Assembly: GCA_965267175.1 (NCBI GenBank) | Contig: OZ253938.1 | Span: 627,740-691,739, forward strand | From: Dehalococcoidia bacterium | GTDB taxonomy: Bacteria > Chloroflexota > Dehalococcoidia > Lucifugimonadales > Lucifugimonadaceae | DNA: 64,000 nt | Direction: 5' to 3' | In this document: in pieces, positions 9,363 through 18,572 of the stretch | How positions within the stretch are numbered: the first letter of the stretch is position 1 | How the letters are laid out: each line of letters opens with the position of its first letter | Program-made: the position numbers and the translations under genes | Notes under the pieces: model-generated | Told to the model about the DNA's origin: nothing | Seen by the model: only the letters and a program-made list of their open reading frames with translations | Database searches by the model: none

Positions 9363-9941
9363 CTAGTCGACTTCGATGTCGTCCCTGCCGACAAAATCCA
9401 CGAAGTTGCGCTTGAACAGCACCGGGTCCAGGCCGTGGAAGTCGCCGATCAGGTCATCCTTGCGCATGTCGGGGTGCAACGTGATTCGGTTGTTTATCAC
9501 AGGGAAGGTCGCCCAGGGATGAGGAACCTGTAGAAATCCGCTCTCATCCGTCTCGTTGGCAAGCACGTAGTAGTCACGGCCGTTCTCCAGACACAGCTCG
9601 AAACCGCTCCTGAGACCGAGGACGTTGCCTTCCGATGCGGGTCCGGTAACAACCTCGTCCACGCGGACCACGTTCTCCAGTTCGGCGGTCTCCTCGCCGA
9701 AGGAGTGGCCGGTCGTCCTGACGCGGATCAACGCCTGGAACGCGGCGAGCTCGGCTGTCGATGGTGTGTCGAACTCCACCGAGCTGTCGCCGAACGGATG
9801 GTACTCGCATGCGATGCTGCCGGAGTCACTGCCGTCATCTTCCGAGCTGGCGCACGCCACTGCGATCATGACGATGATCGACAGGGCGCTGATGGTCAGT
9901 CTGTTAGGTCGGGTTCTGCGGAGCAAGTTGGTTCGTGTCAC
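9363..9941 (-). CDS. hypothetical lipoprotein
   Basis: 192 aa with a signal peptide and lipobox (IAVAC-ASSEDDG). No recognisable domain. The GTG start overlaps the stop of the upstream epimerase gene (GTGA). Confidence 0.6.
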   Translation of the reverse strand: MTRTNLLRRTRPNRLTISALSIIVMIAVACASSEDDGSDSGSIACEYHPFGDSSVEFDTPSTAELAAFQALIRVRTTGHSFGEETAELENVVRVDEVVTGPASEGNVLGLRSGFELCLENGRDYYVLANETDESGFLQVPHPWATFPVINNRITLHPDMRKDDLIGDFHGLDPVLFKRNFVDFVGRDDIEVD

Positions 9942-10885
9942 TGCGGCTTAAACCGCTCGTCACGCCACGAGTACAGCGGCGTCCAGCCGATCACATCCTT
10001 CGCAAGCTGTGTTGAGATCGGCGCCTCGAACCCTTCAAACTCCCTGTTGAGCGGCACATCCGGATAGACCGTTTTGATCGCCTCCATGGTCGGAATGTCC
10101 AGCATGATGTCGTCGGCATTGAGGAACATGCGATTGTGACCGGTCCAGCCGTCTGACTCGACAGACATCACGCAGGCTCTCGCCGCGTCACGGATGTGCA
10201 GGTAGGTCCAGAAACCCTGGCATCGAGTCCACGGATCTGTGATCGGATTGGCAGCGAGGTTCTTGAAGTAGGCGTCGTCCCACATGCCGTTGAAGCGCAT
10301 CGAGTTGATCGACATCCAGGGGCTGCGCCGAGCAAACCCGTCACCGACCTCTTCGCCAATCCACTTGGCGATGCTGTACGGGTCTTCTGAGCGGGTGCCC
10401 ACGTTGTGGTCCATCGGGAAGTATTCAGGCGGTTTGACTTCCTTGGGCTCCCATCGGGCGGCAGTTCCCATCGCGCCGACTGCGTTGTACGAGGAGCCGA
10501 GCACGACCTTGCTGATCTTGAGCTGTTCCGCCGCACGGCAGACATTCCACATCGATGAGACGTTCGTGACGAATACGTCTTCTTCCGTGTAGTTAGCAGC
10601 ACTCGGGCGAGAGGCGAGCGAGATCACAGCGTCGCAGCCGTCCATCGCAGAAATCACCTGGCCGTAGTTGGCTATCTCGACCTCGAAGAACTTCGGCAGC
10701 TGAGGCCAACTCTCGCGCATCTTCACAGCCGCATCGCCGCTCGCGGTGCCGGTCGTTCCGCTGTGACCGAGGTTCGTACTCATGCGGGCGACGTCTGCAT
10801 TGATGACCGTGTGGCCGTTCTTGTACAGCTCGTCGATTACGTAGTGGCCGACGATGCCGGAGCCGCCGGTTACAAGGACTTTCAT
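9938..10885 (-). CDS. NAD-dependent epimerase/dehydratase (extended SDR)
   Basis: MKVLVTGGSGIVGHYV Rossmann motif and catalytic YxxxK (YSIAK). Confidence 0.85.
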   Translation of the reverse strand: MKVLVTGGSGIVGHYVIDELYKNGHTVINADVARMSTNLGHSGTTGTASGDAAVKMRESWPQLPKFFEVEIANYGQVISAMDGCDAVISLASRPSAANYTEEDVFVTNVSSMWNVCRAAEQLKISKVVLGSSYNAVGAMGTAARWEPKEVKPPEYFPMDHNVGTRSEDPYSIAKWIGEEVGDGFARRSPWMSINSMRFNGMWDDAYFKNLAANPITDPWTRCQGFWTYLHIRDAARACVMSVESDGWTGHNRMFLNADDIMLDIPTMEAIKTVYPDVPLNREFEGFEAPISTQLAKDVIGWTPLYSWRDERFKPQ

Positions 10886-11023
10886 TCACTGCTTCCTTCG
10901 AGCGGTCGACTGGTGAGCAGACATCTTCAGGTTTTCGGCCAACAAGTATGCCAGCCACAAGCGCCCACGGAAGATATAAGCTGGCTGAATCTCCACGGTT
11001 TTCAGCCAGGTTCCGACAAGTAG

Positions 11024-11617
11024 ATGCCGCTTCCAGCCGTCGCCAGTCACGTCAACCATGTGCGGCTAGATCATCCGCTCGGCCGGAAGGTCGCGGTGAT
11101 GGGTCATGGCGGCAAGACGACGCTGGCACAGGCGATCGCGAAGAAGTACTCACTCGAGCACATCGAGCTGGACGAGATCGGCAATCTGCCGGGTTGGGTG
11201 CGGCGGCCTGCCGACGACTTCAGAAAGATCCTGGAAGAGCGCATGGCAGTGAACCCGAATGGCTGGGTCACCGACCACTATCACGCCGAGGTGGTCGACA
11301 TCATCCACGAACGCGCCGACTCTCTGATCGTGTTGCAGCTGCCGTTCCCGGTGATGCTCTGGCGCAGGGCAAAGCGTTCGTTTCGCCGCGCGCTGACCGG
11401 TGAGGAGGTCTGCGGTGGCAATGTTGAGACCTTTCACCAGATGCTGTTCACCCGCAACTCGGCGATCTACGAGATGTGGCAGAAGCGAGACCGGTACAGG
11501 CGATTGTCAGAAACGGTCTCGATGGCAGCCCGGCACGGCATCAACTTCTACCTGATCCGCTCGGCACGGGAGCTTGAACAGTTCTATCGGCTACACGGAC
11601 TGGAAAAGCCCGTTTAG
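11024..11617 (+). CDS. P-loop kinase-like protein (FlaR/adenylate-kinase-like)
   Basis: VAVMGHGGKTTLAQAIA is a Walker-A-like motif one residue shorter than GxxGxGKT. The rest resembles topology-modulation/AAA kinase-like proteins. The true start may be the in-frame GTG at 11060. Confidence 0.6.
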   Translation: MPLPAVASHVNHVRLDHPLGRKVAVMGHGGKTTLAQAIAKKYSLEHIELDEIGNLPGWVRRPADDFRKILEERMAVNPNGWVTDHYHAEVVDIIHERADSLIVLQLPFPVMLWRRAKRSFRRALTGEEVCGGNVETFHQMLFTRNSAIYEMWQKRDRYRRLSETVSMAARHGINFYLIRSARELEQFYRLHGLEKPV

Positions 11618-12459
11618 CCCGGCAGGCCTTTGTCAGGGTTGTTGCGGGCGTAGTTGGCCTGCCTGAGACCGAATTTTTCTTGCAGTTGCACCGTCAGGCC
11701 GCCATCGACCATCAGTGTATGGCCGGTGATGAACGATGCGTCTTCTGAGCAGAGGAATGCGATCGCGCCCGCGATGTCGTCGGGCACTCCTGTGCGGCGC
11801 AGCGGGTACTGGTTGGCGAAGAACTCAAGACCCTCGGGATTATCCTTCCACATCTCGGCCAGCCCTTCCGAGACTATGTGGCCGGGGCCGATGGCGTTTA
11901 CGCGAATGCCATCTGGTCCGAAGTCGTTGGCCATCTGCCGGGTCATGCCGACGACAGCCGCTTTGCCCGCCTCGTAGACCAGCATTTCGGTTTCCTGCAG
12001 CACGCTGTGGACTGACGCAAGGTTCACGATGGAGCCGCTGCCGTTAGCTCGCATATGCGGCAAAGCGTGCTTGGCGCCGAGATACAGCGCCTTCACGAGC
12101 ACATCCATACCCCAATCCCAGTCCTCTTCCGCGACCTGCTCGGCCGTTCCGTGGATGCGCGACTCTCCACCGATAACCGAGAAGGCGTTCTGCACAAGGA
12201 TGTCGAGCCGGCCCCACTTCTCCATCGCCTCGGCGATCATGCGTTCAATGTCTGCGGGGAGTGCAACATCAGCATGTGTGGCGATTGCTGTGCCGCCCGA
12301 GGACGTGATGCGCTCGACGTTTTCCACCGATGCTTCGTCGTCAATGTCTGCGATCAGCACCGACGCGCCTTCGGTCGCGAGCCTGCGGGCAGTTGCACCG
12401 CCGATGCCGAGCGCGCCGCCGGTGATGACCGCAACCTGTCCATCGAATCGTCCAGCCAT
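11614..12459 (-). CDS. short-chain dehydrogenase/reductase
   Basis: The ORF track gives 11614-12915. SDR similarity starts at the internal Met at 12459 (MAGRFDGQVAVITGGALGIGGATARRLA), with YxxxK = YEAGK. The upstream extension overlaps the anti-sigma gene. Confidence 0.85.
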   Translation of the reverse strand: MAGRFDGQVAVITGGALGIGGATARRLATEGASVLIADIDDEASVENVERITSSGGTAIATHADVALPADIERMIAEAMEKWGRLDILVQNAFSVIGGESRIHGTAEQVAEEDWDWGMDVLVKALYLGAKHALPHMRANGSGSIVNLASVHSVLQETEMLVYEAGKAAVVGMTRQMANDFGPDGIRVNAIGPGHIVSEGLAEMWKDNPEGLEFFANQYPLRRTGVPDDIAGAIAFLCSEDASFITGHTLMVDGGLTVQLQEKFGLRQANYARNNPDKGLPG

Positions 12460-12571
12460 GAGAGATCCTGCCTGAGTTTCGTTCGTGATGAGCCGGCGTC
12501 TCTGACGCGGGTGGAGATCATAACCCGAGAAACACGAACAGATCAGCGCACAGAGAAACGTCGCATGCGAC

Positions 12572-13270
12572 TTAGATGCGGCTCTGGATCTCTGCTTCGG
12601 CGCTTGGCACTTCCCGGCCCGGTTCAGGCTCGACCGTGATAGCGATGGAGTCGCCCTTCTCAAGAGCAAACTCGAAGTAGCCACTCCATTTGGACTCGGG
12701 GTTCGTGTTGAAGTCGCCGATGGGCACCCAGCGGTCGTCGCGAATCGCCCAGAACTGGTAGGTACTCTGGCCGGACAGTGTGTCGAGGTTCCCCACGGAC
12801 AACATGAGACCGTCCTCGCCAAGAGTCGTCTCAACCCGGAGCCAGTCGCCCTCCGGGTCTCGCCGGAAGTGGTCCAGCTCAGTCGTCGCACTCTCAGTCG
12901 AGATCGAAGCCACACCCCAGCCGATGAGCGCGCCGATTGCGATCAGAGCAACGGCTGCCGCTCCGTATGCTGGCGCGCCATAGCTTTGGATTCGCCGTGT
13001 CCAGCTTTGTGATGAGCGGCGTGCTTTTGGTACTGGCTGGTGGACCGCAACGTCTGCGACCGCGGCGCTCAGGATGCGGTCCCGAAGTCCGGCAGGCGGT
13101 TCGATCGATGGAGCGGCCTGTGAGAGGCGCGAGGTCACCTCGCTGAACGTCTCGACTTCGTGGTCGAGCTCGCATTCAGCGAGGTGGCGTTCGAACTCCG
13201 CCATCTCACTCTCGGTGAGCGCACCGAGAGCGTATGCGGCGCTGTTCTGGCGCAACTCTTCGCAGTTCAT
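12572..13270 (-). CDS. anti-sigma factor (RskA-like, single-pass membrane)
   Basis: N-terminal anti-sigma domain (AAYALGALTESEMAEFERHLAEC), a central TM helix and a C-terminal YQFWAI...WVPIG domain. Overlaps the sigma gene by 4 nt. Confidence 0.75.
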   Translation of the reverse strand: MNCEELRQNSAAYALGALTESEMAEFERHLAECELDHEVETFSEVTSRLSQAAPSIEPPAGLRDRILSAAVADVAVHQPVPKARRSSQSWTRRIQSYGAPAYGAAAVALIAIGALIGWGVASISTESATTELDHFRRDPEGDWLRVETTLGEDGLMLSVGNLDTLSGQSTYQFWAIRDDRWVPIGDFNTNPESKWSGYFEFALEKGDSIAITVEPEPGREVPSAEAEIQSRI

Positions 13271-13992
13271 GATCGTTCCTCGCCAAGCCCGAATGCGGTG
13301 CGCAGCTTGTCCAGCCCCAGCCGCATTCTCCCTTTCACCGTACCGAGACTGACCCCGGTTTCATCTGCGATCTCACGCTGTGTGAGGCCGCGAAAGTACG
13401 CAAGCTCAATCACATGCTTCTGCTCTGCAGGCAGGTCTTTCAGTGCGCTCACGGCGTCAGCCTGCTCGGTGAGTTCAACCGCAAGCTGCTCAGGATCTCC
13501 CGGCTCGGGGTGTGAACTCTCCAGTTCCAGCGCCGAGTTGGCTCGTGCTGATCGGGCTCGCTTCCGAATGTGGTCGACCGCCCTGCGGTGAACCATTGTC
13601 AGCAGCAACGATTCGATCTTGCCTCTGCTGCGGCTGACCGTTTCGGCCTGTTTCCAGAGTGAAAGAAAGGCGTCCTGAACGGCATCTTCAGCAAGCGCTG
13701 AATCACCGGTGACGGTGTAGGCGAGACCGAACGCGCGGCGGCCCATCAGGTCGTAGAGCTTACCGAGCGCCTCGGTGTCTCTTGCCGCGATCCCAATCGC
13801 GATCTGGTCGGAGTCAGCGAAGCCGTTTTCGGCACGGCTTTGCGGACTGGGCGAACCAGGCGAACCGGCGCGTTGCGCCGACCTGTCTATGTAGTCAGCC
13901 CGGTCCGTCATCCCATCCGCCGATCTGAAAGGCGTTGCGACTGCAACTTTATGTGCAGGGCCGACCATTCTAAACCGGGCGGGTGAGGTCAT
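13267..13992 (-). CDS. ECF-type RNA polymerase sigma factor
   Basis: Region 2 (LYDLMGRRAFGLAYTVTGDSALAEDAVQDAFLSLW) and region 4 HTH (LTQREIADETGVSLGTVKGRMRLGL). The real start may be the internal Met at 13911. Confidence 0.85.
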   Translation of the reverse strand: MTSPARFRMVGPAHKVAVATPFRSADGMTDRADYIDRSAQRAGSPGSPSPQSRAENGFADSDQIAIGIAARDTEALGKLYDLMGRRAFGLAYTVTGDSALAEDAVQDAFLSLWKQAETVSRSRGKIESLLLTMVHRRAVDHIRKRARSARANSALELESSHPEPGDPEQLAVELTEQADAVSALKDLPAEQKHVIELAYFRGLTQREIADETGVSLGTVKGRMRLGLDKLRTAFGLGEERS

Positions 13993-14100
13993 CGTTGACG
14001 CGGCGAAACCGGAAGGTGTATGCAGTAGCTCGTGCTATCTGCACGGTTGTTCGCTCGCGACGAACGACCGGATCAGCGGTCGAGGACCAGTTTTATGCGC

Positions 14101-14934
14101 CTATTCTCCTACCGGTGGATAGAAGCCGGCAGTGACTCCACCGTCGATCAGCAGCTCGGAGCCTGTTACGTAGCTGGCGTCATCTGAGAGCAGGAACAGG
14201 ATTGCTGCTGCTATCTCCTGTGGTTCGCCCCAGCGGCCAAGCGGCACCCGGTCGGTCCTGTACTTGCTCAACTTTTCGTCATTGAAGATCCACTGGGTGA
14301 AAGGAGATTTCACCCAGCCTGGCAGAACGCTGTTGACCCGCACGTTCGATGGAGCGTACTGGATAGCGGCGCCGCGAGTGAAGTGAGTCATGCCCGCACG
14401 AGATGCCGCATATCCAGCGCCGTAGGGAGAAGACCATCGGGCGGCCATCGAGGCGAGGTTCACGATCGAGCCACCGCCGGACTCCTTCATCGCCCTAGCG
14501 CCGTGCTTTACGCCGAGGAACATGCCGCGGTTGGTTACGTCCATCACCTTCTGCCAGGTGTCGACAGGAGTCTCGTCGATCGCCATTGTGTCCTGGATAC
14601 CGGCGATGTTGACCAGGTAGTCGAGCCGCCCGTGCTTTTCGACCGTGCTCGCGATTGCCGCTTCCCACTCGGGCTCGCTCGTCACGTCGTGGTGCAGAAA
14701 CTCAGCGGTGAATCCGGCATCGCGCATGTTCTGGGCGGATCGCTCTCCGGGCTCGTCCTGCACGTCCGTCAGCACCACAGCCTTGCCGCCTTCACGAAGG
14801 AAGCGCCACGCGGTCGCTCCACCAAAACCCATCAGTTCACCCTCAGTCGCGGCTGCTGATCCAGTGAGAAGAAGGACCTTGCCTTCGAAACGGCCGGGAA
14901 AGAGTTGCTGGTCGGACGGCATCGTGATCTCCAT
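14101..14934 (-). CDS. atypical short-chain dehydrogenase/reductase
   Basis: SDR fold motifs (NIAG, IVNLAS, PGWVKSP). It has an expanded N-terminal Gly motif (LTGSAAATEGELMGFGGA) and YAASR where YxxxK is expected. Confidence 0.8.
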   Translation of the reverse strand: MEITMPSDQQLFPGRFEGKVLLLTGSAAATEGELMGFGGATAWRFLREGGKAVVLTDVQDEPGERSAQNMRDAGFTAEFLHHDVTSEPEWEAAIASTVEKHGRLDYLVNIAGIQDTMAIDETPVDTWQKVMDVTNRGMFLGVKHGARAMKESGGGSIVNLASMAARWSSPYGAGYAASRAGMTHFTRGAAIQYAPSNVRVNSVLPGWVKSPFTQWIFNDEKLSKYRTDRVPLGRWGEPQEIAAAILFLLSDDASYVTGSELLIDGGVTAGFYPPVGE

Positions 14935-14976
14935 GCGGTTGCCGGGATGGGTCGATAAGAGTCCGGAGATTATGGA

Positions 14977-15384
14977 CTAACTCTGGACCGCTACGACGAG
15001 GTTCGGGAGCAGAATTCCGAACAGCCCGCCGAAGAGCAGGAACGTGACCAACACGTGGCGCTTCAGTGTCGGCAGGAGGTACAAGGCAGGTATCAGAGCC
15101 GCGGTTGCCAGGAAAAGCAGGACCAGCAGGAAGGCGGCGCTGGGGACAAGGACGGCGTCGGTATCGTCCGGCCGTATTGCTCCCACCAGCGCGCCGAGCA
15201 GTCCGCCGAACAGCATCCAGCCAACTACGGCGATCAGTCCGCCGAATATGATCACAGTACCGGCTCTCGAGTCAGGGTTGTTGAACGCTGCAAGCGGTCG
15301 ACGGGAGAGGACGAGCAGCCAGTAAGCCTGTACGGCAAGGCCCATGATCGTCCCGGCGATGGTGCCCGCGACGAACTCGCTCAT
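14977..15384 (-). CDS. small integral membrane protein, unknown function
   Basis: 135 aa with four hydrophobic helices. Overlaps ispE by 4 nt, suggesting co-transcription. Confidence 0.6.
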   Translation of the reverse strand: MSEFVAGTIAGTIMGLAVQAYWLLVLSRRPLAAFNNPDSRAGTVIIFGGLIAVVGWMLFGGLLGALVGAIRPDDTDAVLVPSAAFLLVLLFLATAALIPALYLLPTLKRHVLVTFLLFGGLFGILLPNLVVAVQS

Positions 15385-16262
15385 GGGGTGTCCTGCCCTT
15401 CCCTTCCCTCGGGAGCGAACGGCTCGGTCAGGAACGCTCGCCAGCCGCGGGTCCTGCTGAGAAGCAGCTGCCAGGCAGTCCCCATCTCCTTCGAGGGCGG
15501 GATGGCGAACATCGAAGGACCGGCGCCGCTGAGCGTGATCTCTCGAGCACCCAGTCCGGCAAGAGCGTCACGGTAGTTTGCCCAGCCTTCGAACACCTCG
15601 GGGGCGAGGTCCTGGAAAGCGTTGAAGAAGAACTCGGCAGGTGCGTCGTGGCCTGCCCTGATACGGGCGGCAAGTTTGTGCGAGAGAGCGCCACGTGTGA
15701 AGCGGCTTGGACCCATGAGTGAAAACAGCGTTTTCGTCTTGTCCGGGATGTGGATCTCCGGATAGAGCAGCAGGATGCGGTCGATAGCAGGAGTCGGCAG
15801 ATAGGTGATGTCGTCGCCTTTGCCTTGCACCAGCGCAGCGCCCTCGTGGACAAGGAACGGAACGTCTGAGCCGGTTCGACCGCCGATCTCGGCCAGTTGA
15901 TCGAGGCTGAGGCCAAGGTCCCAGAGAGTGTTCAGTGCCCGGAGTGTTGCGGCGGCGTCTGCCGAGCCGCCACCGAGTCCAGCGGCTTCCGGAATTCTCT
16001 TCTCCAGCGAGATCGTCGCGCCCGAGGACACGCCCGCCTCATTCTGAAGCTCTCGGGCGGCAATCAGGGCGAGGTTTCTCTCGGACGGGACACCTCCGTC
16101 GTTCGACATACCAAGTTCATCGGCTTCGGCCACCTGCACGGTGTCGTGCAGACCGATGGTGGTCATGACTGTGACGAGGTTGTGGAAGCCGTCCGGTCGC
16201 TTGCCTATGATCTCCAGCGTCAGGTTGATCTTGGCGTGCGCCAGTTCTGTGACAGTGCTCAT
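15381..16262 (-). CDS. ispE: 4-diphosphocytidyl-2-C-methyl-D-erythritol kinase
   Basis: AKINLTLEIIGKRPDGFHNLVTVM and the GHMP ATP motif GLGGGSADAAATL. Confidence 0.9.
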   Translation of the reverse strand: MSTVTELAHAKINLTLEIIGKRPDGFHNLVTVMTTIGLHDTVQVAEADELGMSNDGGVPSERNLALIAARELQNEAGVSSGATISLEKRIPEAAGLGGGSADAAATLRALNTLWDLGLSLDQLAEIGGRTGSDVPFLVHEGAALVQGKGDDITYLPTPAIDRILLLYPEIHIPDKTKTLFSLMGPSRFTRGALSHKLAARIRAGHDAPAEFFFNAFQDLAPEVFEGWANYRDALAGLGAREITLSGAGPSMFAIPPSKEMGTAWQLLLSRTRGWRAFLTEPFAPEGREGQDTP

Positions 16263-16269
16263 GTTGCCG

Positions 16270-17118
16270 TCACCTTCTCAGCGCGGCCGCTCGCTCTTTG
16301 CGAGAGGTGCCGTGGACCACGAACGGCTTACCTGCGTCTTTCCATGACGCAAGGAGGTCCTTCCACTCGTCAATCGAAACGGTTGCAGGTCGCCGCTCGG
16401 AATCGATACCGGCTTCTTTGATGATCGACCTCGCAAGCGCCGAATCGATGTTGAGACCGGTCGCCATTGAGTTGTGCAGCTGCTTGCGAGGAGCCTTGAA
16501 GCCCGCCTTCGCCAGCTTGAAGAAATCGGCACGGTCTTCCCTTGCGACCAGCGCTTCGGACCGAGGCTTCAGCTCGATCACTGCGGATGTGACCTTCGGC
16601 TTTGGTGTGAACGCCTCAGGCGGGACCGTGAACAGTAACTTCGTCTCTGCGTACACCTGCACAGCGATCGAAAGCATGCTCATGTCACCGGGCTCGGCCT
16701 GCATCTCGTTCGCAACCTCGCGCTGCACCATCACGACCATGCGTTCAGGCGGCTGTTCCGACTCCAGGAAGTTGCGAATGATCGGCGTTGCGGCGTAATA
16801 AGGCAGGTTCGCAACGAGCGTGTAGTCGCGTCCTGTGACTAACGGCAGCGAATCGGGGTCAACGGTACGTCCATCGGCCTCTACAACGTCGACGTTCTTG
16901 TTCCCGACGAGTTTTTCCCGAAGAACTTCAACCAGCAGCGAATCGAACTCGATGACGGTGAGGGTTCCGGCGGTAGCGGCCATCTGGTGAGTCAGAGCGC
17001 CTTTGCCGGGACCTATCTCCAGCACGGTTGAAGACGAGTCGATAGAGGCTGCGCGAATGATCCGGCCGGCGATGGCGCGGTCTGTCAGGAAGTTCTGTCC
17101 AAGCCGCCGTCGTGCCAT
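16270..17118 (-). CDS. rsmA: 16S rRNA (adenine1518/1519-N6)-dimethyltransferase
   Basis: RRRLGQNFLTD, SAM motif VLEIGPGKGALT and NLPYY. Confidence 0.9.
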   Translation of the reverse strand: MARRRLGQNFLTDRAIAGRIIRAASIDSSSTVLEIGPGKGALTHQMAATAGTLTVIEFDSLLVEVLREKLVGNKNVDVVEADGRTVDPDSLPLVTGRDYTLVANLPYYAATPIIRNFLESEQPPERMVVMVQREVANEMQAEPGDMSMLSIAVQVYAETKLLFTVPPEAFTPKPKVTSAVIELKPRSEALVAREDRADFFKLAKAGFKAPRKQLHNSMATGLNIDSALARSIIKEAGIDSERRPATVSIDEWKDLLASWKDAGKPFVVHGTSRKERAAALRR

Positions 17119-17187
17119 GTCTGTGAACCGGGCGCTCCGAAACTGTTCAGCCGGAGCGCGGACCGCGAGGTCGGGTTAGAAATATGT

Positions 17188-17457
17188 GGCCGTGCACCCT
17201 GAAATCGACCCGCGCCCGTCACATGCCCGGGCGGACGACTCGAGCCCGGCTATCCCACGGCACCCGAGGGATCCAACTTACCGTTGCTTCCTTCCGGACC
17301 TGGCGGGGTTCGCAGGGCCTCGCCGCGCAGGACCAGGCTCTCAACACCGTCCGGCACAGACAGAGGCGAAGAACGCTAAGGTCTCAATCAGGGAGTTAAG
17401 CCTCGCTATAGCGGATTGCGAGTTCAGGGTGCCGCTAACTCCCCGCCTAGCACGACC
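17188..17457 (-). ncRNA. ffs: signal recognition particle RNA, large Bacillus-type with Alu domain
   Basis: The minus strand reads GGTCGTGCTAGGCGGGGAGTTAGCGGCACCCTGAACTCGCAATCCGCTATAGCGAGG... (Alu-domain helices 2-4 as in B. subtilis scRNA). It continues ...CCAGGTCCGGAAGGAAGCAACGGTAAG... (helix 8 GGAA tetraloop and symmetric-loop motif) and ends ...GGGTGCACGGCC. The 5' GGTCGTGC pairs with the 3' GCACGGCC. Length is about 270 nt. Confidence 0.8.
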
Positions 17458-17561
17458 ATCTTCAATCCTACTACCGGATAGATCGCCCCGATACTTCACA
17501 CAAGGATCACATCTCTGCAAGTTGGTGCTCACATCCTGTTCCGAATATCCTTGGCAGCAAT

Positions 17562-18437
17562 ATGAACAACAACTCCGCACCCGTCCGCAAAGCAGTCATC
17601 GCAGTCGCAGGACTCGGCACAAGATTCCTGCCGACGACCCGCTCAGTCCCGAAGATCCTTATCCCCATCCTGAACGTGCCGGTCATCGAATACGCCGTTC
17701 GCGAAGTGGTGAACTCCGGCATCACAGACATAGCCGTCGTGATGTCACGTGGCATGGAGCCTGTTGTCGACTACTTCGGCGAACACAAAGATCTTGTCCA
17801 CATCCTCGACGAGCGGGGCCGTACTGAGCTGGCTGATCGGCAGCGCGAAATCGCCTCACTGGCGAGCTTCACGACGCTCTACCAGGACAACCCGCGCGGT
17901 CCCGGCCACGCGGTGCTGATGGCCAAGGACTTCGTCGGCGGTGAGCCGTTTGCCCTGATGTTTCCCGATGATGTGATCTGGCACGAGACCCCCGCTGTGA
18001 AGCAGCTCCTTGATGTGCGCGCTGCGCATGGAGGCTCGGTGATCGCGACTCGTGCGGTGCCGGATGAGGTGATTCCATCAAAGGGCATCGTTGACGGAGA
18101 GGAGATTGCCGAGGGCGTGCTGGCGCTCAAGGGAGTTGTCGAGAAGCCATCTATCGAGGATGCGCCCTCCAACCAGTCGATCATCGGCAGGTACGTGCTT
18201 GAACCTGCGGTGTTCGACTACCTCGAAGGCGAGCACGCCGGCGCGGGTGGCGAGATCCAGATCACAGACGCTATCGAGTCGACGATCGGGAAGCTGCCCG
18301 TTCACGCCTGCCAGTTCAAGGGCTTTCATGCCGACACCGGCAACCCCGGCGGGATGCTCAAGGCTTCGCTGCATGAGGCAGGCAAGGACCCGGCGCTACG
18401 AGAACTGGTCAGGAACGCCATCTCCGACTGGGATTAG
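17562..18437 (+). CDS. galU: UTP--glucose-1-phosphate uridylyltransferase
   Basis: KAVIAVAGLGTRFLPTTRSVPKILIPI (GxGTRxLPxTK motif) and appropriate length. Confidence 0.9.
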   Translation: MNNNSAPVRKAVIAVAGLGTRFLPTTRSVPKILIPILNVPVIEYAVREVVNSGITDIAVVMSRGMEPVVDYFGEHKDLVHILDERGRTELADRQREIASLASFTTLYQDNPRGPGHAVLMAKDFVGGEPFALMFPDDVIWHETPAVKQLLDVRAAHGGSVIATRAVPDEVIPSKGIVDGEEIAEGVLALKGVVEKPSIEDAPSNQSIIGRYVLEPAVFDYLEGEHAGAGGEIQITDAIESTIGKLPVHACQFKGFHADTGNPGGMLKASLHEAGKDPALRELVRNAISDWD

Positions 18438-18572
18438 CCCGACCGCCTGGCCATCAGTTTACGTCGTTGATTCTCTCCGGGTGATCCAAGACGGCTTCGG
18501 CTGCGAACTACTGCGACGGGCCGGTTCACAGGCTGTCCTCTTTCGTAGTCAAACGAATCCGGAGATCGCACC

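Noticed and set aside
12460-12915. 152-codon N-terminal extension of the SDR ORF (11614-12915)
   Set aside because: The extension overlaps the anti-sigma gene and is Arg/Ser/Thr-rich. The SDR Rossmann motif starts right after the internal Met at 12459.
17188-17457. Considered tmRNA or RNase P RNA for the structured non-coding gap
   Set aside because: There is no tRNA-like acceptor/T-arm with a CCA-proximal end, no resume-codon tag ORF, and no GGAAAGTCCGGGC or ACAGAACCCGGCTTA RNase P motifs. The SRP helix 8 and Alu-domain motifs fit instead.
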